DNA of 51,834 bases. It comes from Octopus sinensis. Lineage: Eukaryota. How positions within the stretch are numbered: the stretch's first letter is position 1; the number at the start of each line of letters is the position of its first letter. The notes below the pieces were generated by a model. It searched no databases. It saw only the letters and a list, made by a program, of their open reading frames with translations, and was not told the origin of the DNA. Below, one piece after another: positions 23,767 to 34,979 of this stretch. Both the position numbers and the translations under genes were made by a program. The DNA lies in NCBI RefSeq assembly GCF_006345805.1, contig NW_021834012.1:1-51834 (forward strand). The letters are read 5' to 3'.

Positions 23767-24106
23767 AAGTATGTGTATATATATGTATGTATGTCCTTTG
23801 TGTGTGTGTGCGATACAGATGTTCTTCGTCGAAAGGCTAATGTAACTGCGATTCTTAAGAAGAATTCAATAAGTCGTTTAAGTGTGTGTGTGGTGGGGAG
23901 ATGTAATAATAATATTTCGGCAGTTCATAATAACTCGTAATATTCGAGAATTCTCAGAGAATTGTTTTATAATATTGATATAAAAAAAGAGAAAATACAG
24001 CGCTATGGTTAGTGACGCCTAATATACTCCGACTGCCCTTCCGACTGAAGCACAGATGTTCCAGTCTCCTCTATAAAAACACCTGTATTTTTGTAAACCA
24101 AATAAA

Positions 24107-24234
24107 AATTCCTCCGAGGTTGGCATTACCTTTCATAGTTTCGAGATCAATAAAATAAATACCCGGCAAAATTTCATGCCTTGTGTCTATAAAGGAAAAG
24201 ATTATTATTATTATTATATTATTATTATTATTAT

Positions 24235-24301
<67 letters not shown>

Positions 24302-24873
24302 TTAATGAAGGGGGCGAGTTGGCAGAATTGTTAACACGCCGGGCAAAATGCTTAGCCGTATTTCATCTGCCGTTACGTTCTGAGTTCAAATTCCGCCGGG
24401 GTCGACTATACCTTTCATCCTTTCGGGGTCGATAAACTAAGTACCAGTTGCGTACTCGTGTCGATCTAATCGACTAGCCTCCGCCCACCAAATTGTTGGC
24501 CTTGTGCCTATAGTAGAAAGGATTATTATTATTATTGTTGTTGTTGTTGTACTGAGTTCAAATTCCGCCGTGGTCAACTTTACTTTTCATCGTTCCAGGG
24601 TCGATAAAGTACGCACCAGTTGAACCCTGGGGGTGTCAATGTAATAGACCCATCGCCTCCCCAAAAATTCCTGCCCTTGTGGCAAAATTTGAAACCATTC
24701 TTATTATTATTATTACTATTATCATCATCATCATCATCATCATCATTATTATTATTATTATTATTGAGGCGGCGAGATGACAGAATTGTTAGCGCGCCGG
24801 AAGAAAAAAACGCTTAGCAGCGTGTAGTCCGTCCTTATGATCTGTGTTCAAACTCCGCGGACGTCGACCTCGG
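24107..24873 (+). mobile_element. Cluster of four co-oriented SINE B copies separated by (ATT)n-type tracts
   Basis: Copies at about 24107-24200, 24311-24522, 24551-24697 and 24766-24873. Confidence 0.8.
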
Positions 24874-25432
24874 TAGAAACGGAGAAAAAAAATCGTAAAG
24901 ATTTAAAAGAAATATCGTAAATTTACATATATATATATATTTATATATTTATATTTATATATATGCTTCTACGACGTTCTAACGATTCCACGAAGGAATC
25001 ATTATAAATGAGCTGCATAAAACAGTTGAACGAAAAATATTGCCACTGTGAATAGTAAAGTATATCTAAATCGTCTATTATAAAAGACGAACACCTTCAT
25101 AAAATGAATCAGATGACACGCTTACAGCAACGATAAGGGAAGGAGACGACGCCGGCGCTATCGAGTCACTACTATGGCTTTAAAACCAACAAAAATCCCA
25201 CCAGCGAATAAATGGATCTGTCGCTTCGAGGACGACATTTTGAACGCTTTAAATATGCGTCTGCTTGGATGCGTGTGCTTACGGGCGTCTGTGTGTGTGT
25301 TTGTGTGTGCGCGTGTGCATGTGTGCGTTTGTGTGTGTGTGCGTGTGTGCTTGTGTGCGCGCTCGCGAATGCTTCTGCGATTGCATATATAAGTTTCAAT
25401 CGATGTGCATGTGTCTGAATGTATATAAATTA

Positions 25433-25478
<46 letters not shown>

Positions 25479-26703
25479 TGTGTGTGTAAAAATGTGTGAT
25501 GGCAACAGTCAATGCATTTGTTTGGTATTACATGTATTTTGTAATAGTCATACTCAGCTCCACATTACTGAATGTTTCGCGGGTGTAGGTCACGTTCGGC
25601 AACACGAAAGTCAAACCGTTATAAAATACATATATATATACGATTTGGAAGAAGGTTTTAAGTCCTTTGTTTCACTAAAACCCTTCAAGGCGGTGCACTA
25701 GCATGGCCGCAGTCAAATGATTGAAACAAGTAAAAGAGTATATATATATATATATATAAACGACTGAAACCTTTCCTGCAAGTAAGCTCCATCTTGCGGG
25801 GGTTAGTTCCTATAATCAAATTATATGCGTTTCAGTCGCATTATTCTTCTTTATTGCGCTCATCAGGGAATAACTCCTTAGACGAATCTATCTTTTTTTG
25901 TTTTATACTCTTAACTCGTAATTCTAGTGTAATTTGCCTGTTTCTCCTACTTCATCATGCCAACACCCAGACATTCCTTGTTGTCTGCCATAGTGTATGC
26001 ACGAGCAGACAAAATGGCGTGCAGCTCTCCCTTGAAACCTATGAGTGTGATCGATAAAAACCACTTAAGGGAACCGACAAGCAATATCTACGTCTTCTGA
26101 AAATTTAAACTTCAAAACTCCAAGATGTGGTAATTTCATTTTCTTTTTTATTGCTTCGAAGAAAAAGCAGTGATCGTTGATCATTCACAGGGCCCCCGAA
26201 ATTGGTAAAAGAATAAGATGAAACCTTAATCCGGAGCTTTGACTTGAACATTTGCAATAACGTGAGAGGGTAAGCTAAAAGCAACCAAACATCAGGCTTT
26301 GGATTAAGTCTACGAGCCGGGTTTACCTCAGTATGGTTTGGACTTAAAACTCACTAACCCTACACCGTAACTTTATTTGTTGACTGGTAAGTATGATAGG
26401 CCACGTTGACCTTGCCTGGATTTGAACTCAAAACTGTCAAACCGGAACAGATAGCGCTCGGGATCCTATCCCTTCAATATTCTGACAATTCCATTAGTCC
26501 GTCATGCTCTGATACTTTATTTATCGCTCCGAAGAATTAAAACGAAAAATTGGCTACGATCGGTTGGAACTCAGAATATGCGTCATTTCTTTCAGGACCG
26601 ATGTATTCTGTTGCTGTTTAACCATTGGTCAGCTCTGACCCAACACATTTGAAATGTTCTCTATTTGTGTTTACCTAACCATGTGGTCTTTTTTGTACAC
26701 CAG

Positions 26704-26888
26704 AATAATTTCAATAGTGTTAAACTTGATGAAATGTTAAATCTGGTCCCCCAAGAACAGGGAGACTGTCTCACCGAGAGTTTTGCATTCACATACGACT
26801 GTTGTCAAACAAATTTCTCTTTCAAGAATTACGAGAGAAGTTTGTTCGACCAGTATTCAAAGAATAAAAATACACAAGTCACTGCTGG
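26704..26888 (+). CDS. Candidate coding exon (NNFNSVKLDEMLNLVPQEQGDCLTESFAFTYDCCQTNFSFKNYERSLFDQYSKNKNTQVTA(G))
   Basis: GGTCTTTTTTGTACACCAG| acceptor, TGG|GTAATG donor, 185 nt, 61 open codons, phase 0 to 2. Confidence 0.4.
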
Positions 26889-26999
26889 GTAATGCGATTG
26901 AACTCAAAAGCCAGTAATTCAGAAATAAAATTCTTAAACCACAGATACACACCTAAGTTCATATAGATCACTCAGGCCTAAAGCAACAATTAGAAGATA

Positions 27000-27236
27000 T
27001 ATTTCTTTACTACCCACAAGGGGCTAAACACAGAGGGGACAAACAAGGACAGACAAACGGATTAAGTCGATTACATCGACCCCAGTGCGTAACTGGTACT
27101 TAATTTATCGACCCCGAAAGGTTGAAAGGCAAAGTCGACCTCAGCGGAATTTGAACTCAGAACGTAACGGCAGACGAAATACGGCTAAGCATTTCGACCG
27201 GCGTCCTAACGTTTCTGCCAGCTCGCCGCCTTTTAG
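27000..27236 (-). mobile_element. Young SINE B subfamily (B2), full length, perfect 15-bp TSD
   Basis: TSD AACAATTAGAAGATA at 26985-26999 and 27237-27251; subfamily-specific 3' end (plus strand TATTTCTTTACTACCCACAAGGGG). Confidence 0.95.
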
Positions 27237-27361
27237 AACAATTAGAAGATAGAAAAACGAATTATTACACGCCCCACTTCTGTATAAATATACAGTTTTG
27301 TGTTTATTTTTAAATATTTAATTTCATTTTTATTTCATTTAGTATGCAATATTTTTCATAC

Positions 27362-27474
27362 ATTATGGCGAGGGTATTGTTATAATCACGACCGGACAAA
27401 ATGGCGAATGCAGTAACCAGAAAAAAAATGACAGCGATACGCTGAAACAGATATTTGACTTCTTGAAGATTTTT
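27362..27474 (-). CDS. Candidate minus-strand exon with a hydrophobic segment (KNLQEVKYLFQRIAVIFFLVTAFAILSGRDYNNTLAI)
   Basis: CATCCTGTAG| ... AAT|GTATGA, 113 nt, open frame, TM-like stretch IAVIFFLVTAFAIL. Confidence 0.3.
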
Positions 27475-27664
27475 CTACAGGATGGTCATCTTCAGACTCT
27501 GTAGGGAAATGCTTCAGGGGTTCAGAATGTTAGACATGGGTTCAAACAATAATTGGTACACAGTTTGCCGGTGATCTTCTGCATTTCACGCGATAAAGCG
27601 TTGGTCGATCGCTGATGCCACCAAACACCCTCCGGGGACAGTATTATCCCAGGTCATAGCGTTC

Positions 27665-27845
27665 TAATGGCTTGGAGCCAGATCAGTCCTCATCCCGTAG
27701 ATCTTTGCTCAAAAGCACTCCAGGCGTGACGATCCTTTGTAATTTTAAACGTATACCAGAGACCATGTTGTTAATGTGTTCATTACATAAGATTCTTTAG
27801 TATGATTTAAGACAGTTTGGTTATTGTTTCTAGCAGGTCAAGTAA
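27665..27845 (+). mobile_element. Family F copy, degraded
   Basis: GCCAGATCAGTCCTCATC..GATCTTTGCTCAAAAGCACTCCAGGCGTGACGATCC..TTTGGTTATTGTTTCTAGCAGGTC. Confidence 0.5.
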
Positions 27846-28493
27846 AGAAATTCGGGCTTCCACACTTTCAGCGTCTTATTTTAGATGTTGCTGCTGCCGT
27901 CATCGTTGTTCTTATTATCTTGTTGTTGTTGTTGTTGTTGTTGTGGTTTAATCATTCCTTACATTAAGGCCACTTTTAATTAATTATGTCAAATTAATTA
28001 AACAGAAACTCTTTTGATGTATCTCCGGCACCGCCATCAACATCGCAACCGCCCACCACTGCCACTAACATCGCACAATAAAAGAGCAGTAGTACTAGTA
28101 TCCCCACTACCACCACCACCACCACCACCACCAATGACAACAGCAACACCACCAAATACACCACCAACTACACCAACAACATCACCACGTATATGTAGGC
28201 CTGAGCAAGAGCTTCGCAGAAGGTTGGTATTTACCCATTCTTGGAAGCCTCCCTTCTCCAACGCCAGCCATGATGTCCAAGAGAAATACAATGCTCATTA
28301 TAGATTTGGTACCAGAGAGTGGATCTGATAGGCGGAAACTATATAGAAGCCCGTCACATGCCTGTGGCGAGTGTGCGCATGCGTGTACGCGCGTGTCTAA
28401 TTTGACGACTGGTGTTTGTTTGCATGTCCGTAACTTAGCAGTTCATTAAAAGAGTTCGATCCATTAAGTGCCATATCTCAGAAGAAAATATAA

Positions 28494-28956
28494 TTTCTAC
28501 TACTGGTACAGGGCCTGATACTTTAGGGGTGGTGTGGTGGGGTAGGGCCAATCGATTACAATCAACCTCATTATTTAACTAGTACATATTTTACCGACCC
28601 ATAGAGAGTGAAAGGCAAAATCGACTTCGGCAGAATTCGAACTCAGAACGTAAAGACTCACGAAAAACCGCCGATCAGCATTTTGACCCACGTGCTAACG
28701 AGTCTGCTAGCTTACCACCTCACAAGTAGTAGTAGTAGCAGAAGTATTTTCTACTAAAGGCACAAGGTCTGAAATTTGTGGGGAGGGCACTAGTCGATTA
28801 CAATCGACTCCAGTACTCAAGTGGTACTTATTTCATCGACCCTGAATGGATGAAAGACAAAATCGACCTCGGCGGAATTCGAACTCAGAACGTAAAGACT
28901 CACAAAATGCTGCCGATAAGCATTTTTGCCCGGTCTGTTAACGATTCTGCCAGCTC
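28494..28956 (-). mobile_element. Tandem pair of SINE B copies (28494-28720, 28748-28956)
   Basis: Both carry the shared variants GATTACAATC and GAATTCGAACTCAGAACGTAAAGACTCAC, suggesting local duplication. Confidence 0.85.
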
Positions 28957-29297
28957 ATCAACTTATTTTAAAAGAAGATAAATCTATTGGTCTTTATTTG
29001 TTCGATTAAAACCGTTCAAGGCATCAAATTGCTTTCAGGAGGTGAGAAAAAAAAAACGAACAGAGGCTTTAAAACTTCCAACGTCCCACTGCCTGAATTA
29101 TCATGTTGGCCACGGTGCGATTTGAACTCAAAGCAGAGAGATTCTGAGCAAATTGTCTCCAAAGCAAGTACAATAGGACCCTCTAAAACAAAGAAAAGAA
29201 TACAAAAGAGCACAAAAGAAACCAAAAAATTGCAGAAAAACAAAACTAAACGAAGATGATTATTATTATTATTATTGTTATTGTTGTTGGTACTTTC

Positions 29298-29677
29298 AAG
29301 GCGACGAGCTGGCAGAATCGTTAGGGCGCTGGACGAAATGCTTAGCGGTGTTTCACCCGTCTCTACGTTCTAGGTTCAAATACCTATTTCTTTACTACCC
29401 ACAAGGGGTTAAAAACAGAGGGGACAAACAAGGGCAGACATAGGTATTAAGTCGATTACATCGACCCCAGTGCATAACTGGTACTTAATTTATCGACCCC
29501 GAAAGGATGAAAGGCAAAGTCGACCTCGGCGAAATTTGAACTCAGAACGTAGCGGCAGACGAAATACCGCTGAGCATTTCGCCCGGTGTGCTAACATTTC
29601 TGCCAGCTCGCCGCCTTCTAGGTTCAAATGCCACCGAGGTCAACTTTGCCTTTCATCCTTTCGTGGTTGATAAATTT
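29298..29677 (+). mobile_element. SINE B interrupted by an antisense young B2 copy (29385-29615)
   Basis: TSD TTCTAGGTTCAAAT(A/G)CC at 29368-29384 and 29616-29632; the host resumes with ACCGAGGTCAACTTTGCCTTTCATCC. Confidence 0.93.
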
Positions 29678-29921
29678 GACCCCTCCTTCTCTTCAGATTT
29701 TCAACACTAGGGGAGGGTGAGATCTTTATATCCCCACCCTCCTCTTTCATTCTCACAAAAAGCTCGGAAAGCTTCTCCGTTTCAATTATAATATCCTTTG
29801 AAGACACAGCGGCTACAGCCGCGAACTTTTTTGCTGGCTCATGCAGCTGGTTCTTTTTTTGGATTATTTCGACCGACATATTCGTTCGAAATAAATGATA
29901 CACAATTTAATCCCAGAAAAA

Positions 29922-30315
29922 GGGAAACCTATAATTTCATATATTTTGTTTTCTCCTAACGAGGACAACAGTTCAAATCCCACCTCTGCTGGGGGCGAGA
30001 CGTTACAACAAAGCCTACAACGTTCGAAATTTTTTGTTTTTCACACAATAATAAAATATCGAAACCAAAAACACGGGAAACCTATAATATTTTTTTTCCT
30101 CACAACGAGGACAACAGTTCAAATCTCGCCCACGCCAGTGGCGGATGTCACAATAGAGGCTACAACGGCTAAAATTTAATTTTTCTCGCAATAATAATTG
30201 CTTATGCCAAAAAACGGGAAACCTATAATATTTTTTCCCTCTTAATGAGGATAACAGTTCAAATGCCACCCCTGCTGGGGGATAGGGGCACGACAATAAA
30301 GCCTTACAACGGTTT
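29922..30315. repeat. Three diverged tandem units of about 141-153 bp
   Basis: GGGAAACCTATAAT at 29922, 30075 and 30216; GAGGA(C/T)AACAGTTCAAAT in each unit. Confidence 0.9.
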
Positions 30316-30723
30316 TAATAAGTTCAATATTAGTAATATTAATAAGTTCAATATTAATAATTTCAATATTTCAACAATTACTTTCTCCCGTCACCGGGAA
30401 AAAGCACAAAAATTATCAAAGTTCAACAATGTTCAACATTTCAAAAATATTCAACAATAGACAACAATCCCAATATAAAAAATTATCCACGTGCAACAAA
30501 ACATTTGACTCACCGCCATAAAAAGACGTCTTTCCACGACAGAGGTAAGCAAACTATTTATCACACTTCTGTCACTCCCACGCCAATGGATTATATCTAT
30601 ATATTTTTGATTTTTCGTTTCCTTACTTACGAAATCGTGGAATCAAACGGAGATTATCAGAGAAAGCTGTTTGGTGTTTATTTGTCTATTATTGCCATAT
30701 CTTGTTTATTATTTCCTATCTTC

Positions 30724-31142
30724 GGATCTTTTCGGTTTGAACGGCAGTTTTTTCTAGCGGTGTCATATGAAATTGTCACCCATAATTATGACCCTAGTAT
30801 CGATCTATTGCATTTCAATCTGTTTTAGGGTTAGGGTTAGGGGTGGGGGGAAGAGTATCTTTTTTTCTTCAGAAATGTAAATAAACCCAATCTGTTTCTT
30901 AAACGAGGGACATATTAATACGGCACATAATGTTTTCACCTCAATAGACGTCATTGATTGGTTGAAATTGCAGAAATTGAAGAAAAAAACAACAACAGAT
31001 ATCTTACAAACTATAGAACTTTCTCAATAAAGCCAAGAGAAAAATATGTTTTATAAACGCATTCTACCAGTATACGAAGTTTAAAAGTGTTCAGTTACGT
31101 GGAAATTATTTTTAAAAACTGCCGTTCAAACCGGCAAGATCC
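30724..31142. mobile_element. 419-bp MITE with 29-bp TIRs and a 9-bp TSD (Mutator- or Merlin-type signature), internal (TTAGGG)3
   Basis: TIR GGATCTT(TT/GC)CGGTTTGAACGGCAGTTTTT (27/29); TSD CCTATCTTC at 30715-30723 and 31143-31151; TTAGGG x3 at 30825-30842. Confidence 0.92.
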
Positions 31143-31324
31143 CCTATCTTCTTATTCGTATGAATTAGGAATCCCATAAAACCTTGCATTTTTTTTTTGT
31201 GACTGAAACACGCTTTCAGAGCCATAACTCTACCAATTCGTCCCAGCTTCTCACCACCATTCGTGATAAAGCCTTCAGCGCAAAACTTTCACAACTTGGC
31301 CATGCTTCCATGTCTAATATTCTC

Positions 31325-31422
31325 GCTGGTCGATAAAATAAGTACCAGTCGAGTACTGGAGTCTATGCAGTCGATCTAACCCTCCCCAAAAGTTGCTGGC
31401 CTTGTGCCAATACCTTAAAAAA
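31325..31422 (+). mobile_element. SINE B 3' fragment
   Basis: GTCGATAAAATAAGTACCAGTCGAGTACTGGAGTC..AAAAGTTGCTGGCCTTGTGCC. Confidence 0.7.
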
Positions 31423-31561
31423 CATTGTTGTTATCATTATTATTATTATTATCCACTTTTTTCAATTTCGTTTCCATATCTTGCCGAGTTTCTTCTCGAC
31501 ACTTGGGGCAAAAAAATTCATTGTATACATTGGTAGGGCATTATTATTATTATTGTTATTA

Positions 31562-31605
<44 letters not shown>

Positions 31606-31932
31606 GCTGTTCTTATTACTATTATTAATATTATTATTATTATTATCATCGTCAACATCATCAGCATCATCATCGTTATTGTTATTATTATTATTATTAT
31701 CATTATTATTATCATTATTATCATTATTATTATCATCGTTATTATTATTGTTATTATTATTATTATATTATTATTATTATTATTATTATTATTGCTGTTC
31801 TTATTACTATTATTAATATTATTATTATTATCATCGTCAACATCATCAGCATCATCATCGTTATTGTTATTATTATTATTATTATCATTATTATTATCAT
31901 TATTATCATTATTATTATCATCGTTATTATTA

Positions 31933-31972
<40 letters not shown>

Positions 31973-32307
31973 CATCATCATGCCGTTATTATTGTCGTTG
32001 GTTTTCTTCCTCACCAAACCAATTGATCGAGAGATGTGTTGCTCAGAGTGCCTGGATAGATCGATAAATAGGTTAATAATTTGATTATTACTTCGAACTA
32101 CTTGATTGATAGGCGGAATGCTTTGGTCAGATGTTAAATAGATATCAGAAATTTGCTTGTTGGTTCTTATTCTTTCCGATAACCTGTAAGTGATTGCCTG
32201 GCAGTGCTGGAAGTCACTGTCGAATTCCCCACAAATCACTCTTGCCGAATTCTCATAGATAAACAATCGTCACATTAGACTTTTAAAGATATGCAAACGC
32301 TTTCATA

Positions 32308-32367
<60 letters not shown>

Positions 32368-32572
32368 GTTCTATTTATCTGTCTGTCTGTCTGTCTATTT
32401 ATCTATCTACCTATATATATCTATACACTCAAATATATACATATATCTATGTATGTATGTAGATAGGCAAATAGACAGACAGACAGATACATCCATAAAG
32501 AAATATTAATATGTATATTCCATATATATATATATTGTATATGCACACACACACACACACATATATATATAC

Positions 32573-32607
<35 letters not shown>

Positions 32608-32746
32608 TATTCCTAAGTTGACGGAGTTGTCATAGCTGGATTGCATTTCCAAACAGGTCTACCTCATCACAGATGAACTATAGTTAAATAATAACAATGT
32701 CAGCATCAGTATAAACATCACCACCATCAACTACAACGATAGTAAC

Positions 32747-32784
<38 letters not shown>

Positions 32785-32899
32785 ACAGCAATAACAATAA
32801 AGTCAACAACAGCATGAATATGAACAAGCAGAAAGGTAACAACAACAGCAACAACAATACTAAAAGCAAAGGTAACTTTTACAACAACAAATCTAGCGT

Positions 32900-33000
32900 C
32901 TAATCTTCTCACACTGTGTGATATTGATCTCGCCTAAGAATTATGTTAAGTGTTAACGTGTCTGTGGTGTATTCAGCCACTTATACGTTGATTCAGTTAA
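32900..33000 (+). mobile_element. SINE C 3'-half fragment, degraded
   Basis: CACACTGTGTG..GAATTATGTTAAG..CGTGTCTGTGGTGTATTCAGCCACTT. Confidence 0.55.
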
Positions 33001-33100
33001 TTGAATAAGTGAAACCATTTAGAGTGGATTTGTTGCTTTGTTGTTATATGAGTGTGGTTACGAAGGTGCATATTACATATATATATATATATATATATAT

Positions 33101-33439
33101 TCAAAATAAGCAACAAGAATGACTCCGGCAATTTGGTACGATCGTTTCGTACTACATCATTCTATTAAATGTTGTAAGTATTACAACAGATTTAAGTGGA
33201 AGGACTTCACTACCTCATATGTTCTTAAAATTTAAATCCACATCTTTATCTGTATACCTACCTTCTCTATAATGTTACCACTTGATTTGAAAATTTTTGT
33301 ATTAATGGAAAACCTCTATAATTGGCTGATGAGTACTCAGCATCTTAAATCTGTTGTAATACTTACAACATTTAATAAAATGATGTAGTACGAAACGATT
33401 GTACCAAATTGTCGGAGTCATTCTTGTTGCTTATTTTGA
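33101..33439. mobile_element. 339-bp MITE-like element with about 96-bp inverted arms, next to a (TA)n tract
   Basis: TCAAAATAAGCAACAAGAATGACTCCG...ACAACAGATTTAAG (33101-33196) is inverted at 33344-33439; both flanks are TA-rich. Confidence 0.88.
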
Positions 33440-33542
33440 TTATAATCGCCCCACGGATTTTTATGGATAACACCATACAAAATTCTGGTGTATCTAAATT
33501 AGGTGCCATATTCATTTGAATCTAAATTTTTGCTGATCTTAC

Positions 33543-33594
<52 letters not shown>

Positions 33595-34026
33595 AATACA
33601 AACCCTTGACTCTGCAACACTTTATATAAGTTCTTTTATTGAATTAGAGGGTACCACCCGCCTCGGATTGAGTCTTGCAAACTTAGACATATTTTCTGTT
33701 ATTTTGTCCTAAGCCAGTTCTCTTTAATGAGCTTTCTGCAAATCATGAAGTTGGATCGTAATTCTTGATTTCGTTTCCATTTTTGCACCAACCTTCTTCG
33801 CGTTCTATTCCACGTTTTTTCTTATTTTCTTACCGATCGGCTTCCTTGATTTTCAAAAGTTATATGTAATATACAAACAGAACCTGAAAAATTGCTGTAA
33901 GATACATGGCGTATTTTATAAATATGAGTCCAGGTATCATAATAGCATGAAACTATTAATAACTCTTTCGATTGTGTATATAAATTAATATGTATGCGTA
34001 TATATATACATTCCTTTTTTTTTATT

Positions 34027-34315
34027 TTTAAGCCCAGTACCTATTCTATCAGTCACTTTTGCCGAACCGCTTGGTTATGGAGACGCAAACACACCACCAC
34101 TGGTTTTCATGCAGTGGAGGGGACAAACACAGACATAGACAAACACACACATATTTATATACGACAGGCTTCTTTCAGTTTCTGTCTACCAAATCCACTT
34201 ACAAGGCTTTTTGTCGGCTCGGGGTTATAGTAGAAGATAGCAAACGTGCCACGCAGTGGGACTGAACGCTGAACCTTGTGGTTGAGAAGCAAGCTTCTTA
34301 CCACACACCCACGCG
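34027..34315 (-). mobile_element. SINE family A, near full length
   Basis: Reverse complement of family A head, core and tail. Confidence 0.85.
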
Positions 34316-34979
34316 AACTGCCAGATGGAATGATCGCTATGACATTTGATAGAGAGAAGGAAAGAAGCAAGGAAGGAAAGAAAGAATGAATGAATGAAAG
34401 AAAGAGAGAGAGAGAAAGAGAACGAGAGAGAAAAAGACAGAGAGAGAGAGAAAGAGAGAGTAGATTCTCGTTAGAGAAAGAGCTGGTGTCTCGTTTGACC
34501 GTTAGTTCGATGACGGCGGTAGCGGCGGTGGTGGTAGCAATGGCGATGGTGTCAGACCGGGTGCTGGGTTAGACGTTGCACTATTTCATGTAAGAAATGA
34601 TGACTGTTGATAAAGGATTTACTCTTAAACAGCGGCAGACCATCACAAATACCATCAAAATATATTTCTTGCAAGCTAGAATCAATATCTGATTGTTTTC
34701 TTGCATTTTTTTTGTGTTTGTTGTTTTTTTTTATATTTTACTTTTTTATTTATTTATTTTTTTTTTTTTATTCTTTCTTTCTTTCTTTTTCGGCTCGTCT
34801 TTTATTGCTTTTCGAGCAGCAACAGTTTGGAATACAGCTAGGGCTAAGAACTTTACCATTTTTTTGATTGTCTGCATAATTTCGACACCACACTGTCTGT
34901 CTGCAACTCTTTGCTAATCTATAGGAATTTTTATTTATTTATTTATTTATTTATTATTCGTCTCTTTATTGTTGCTGTT

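Noticed and set aside
27420-27460. YLFQRIAV resemblance to the CRE-clade retroelement C-terminal motif
   Set aside because: The diagnostic QRGNA and upstream motifs are missing; too short to support.
30825-30842. Telomere or chromosome-fusion scar
   Set aside because: Only three units, and they lie inside a TIR/TSD-bounded element.
33325-33341. CTGATGAG hammerhead-like core inside the MITE
   Set aside because: No downstream GAAA or stem III; it is a small GCTGA/TCAGC hairpin only.
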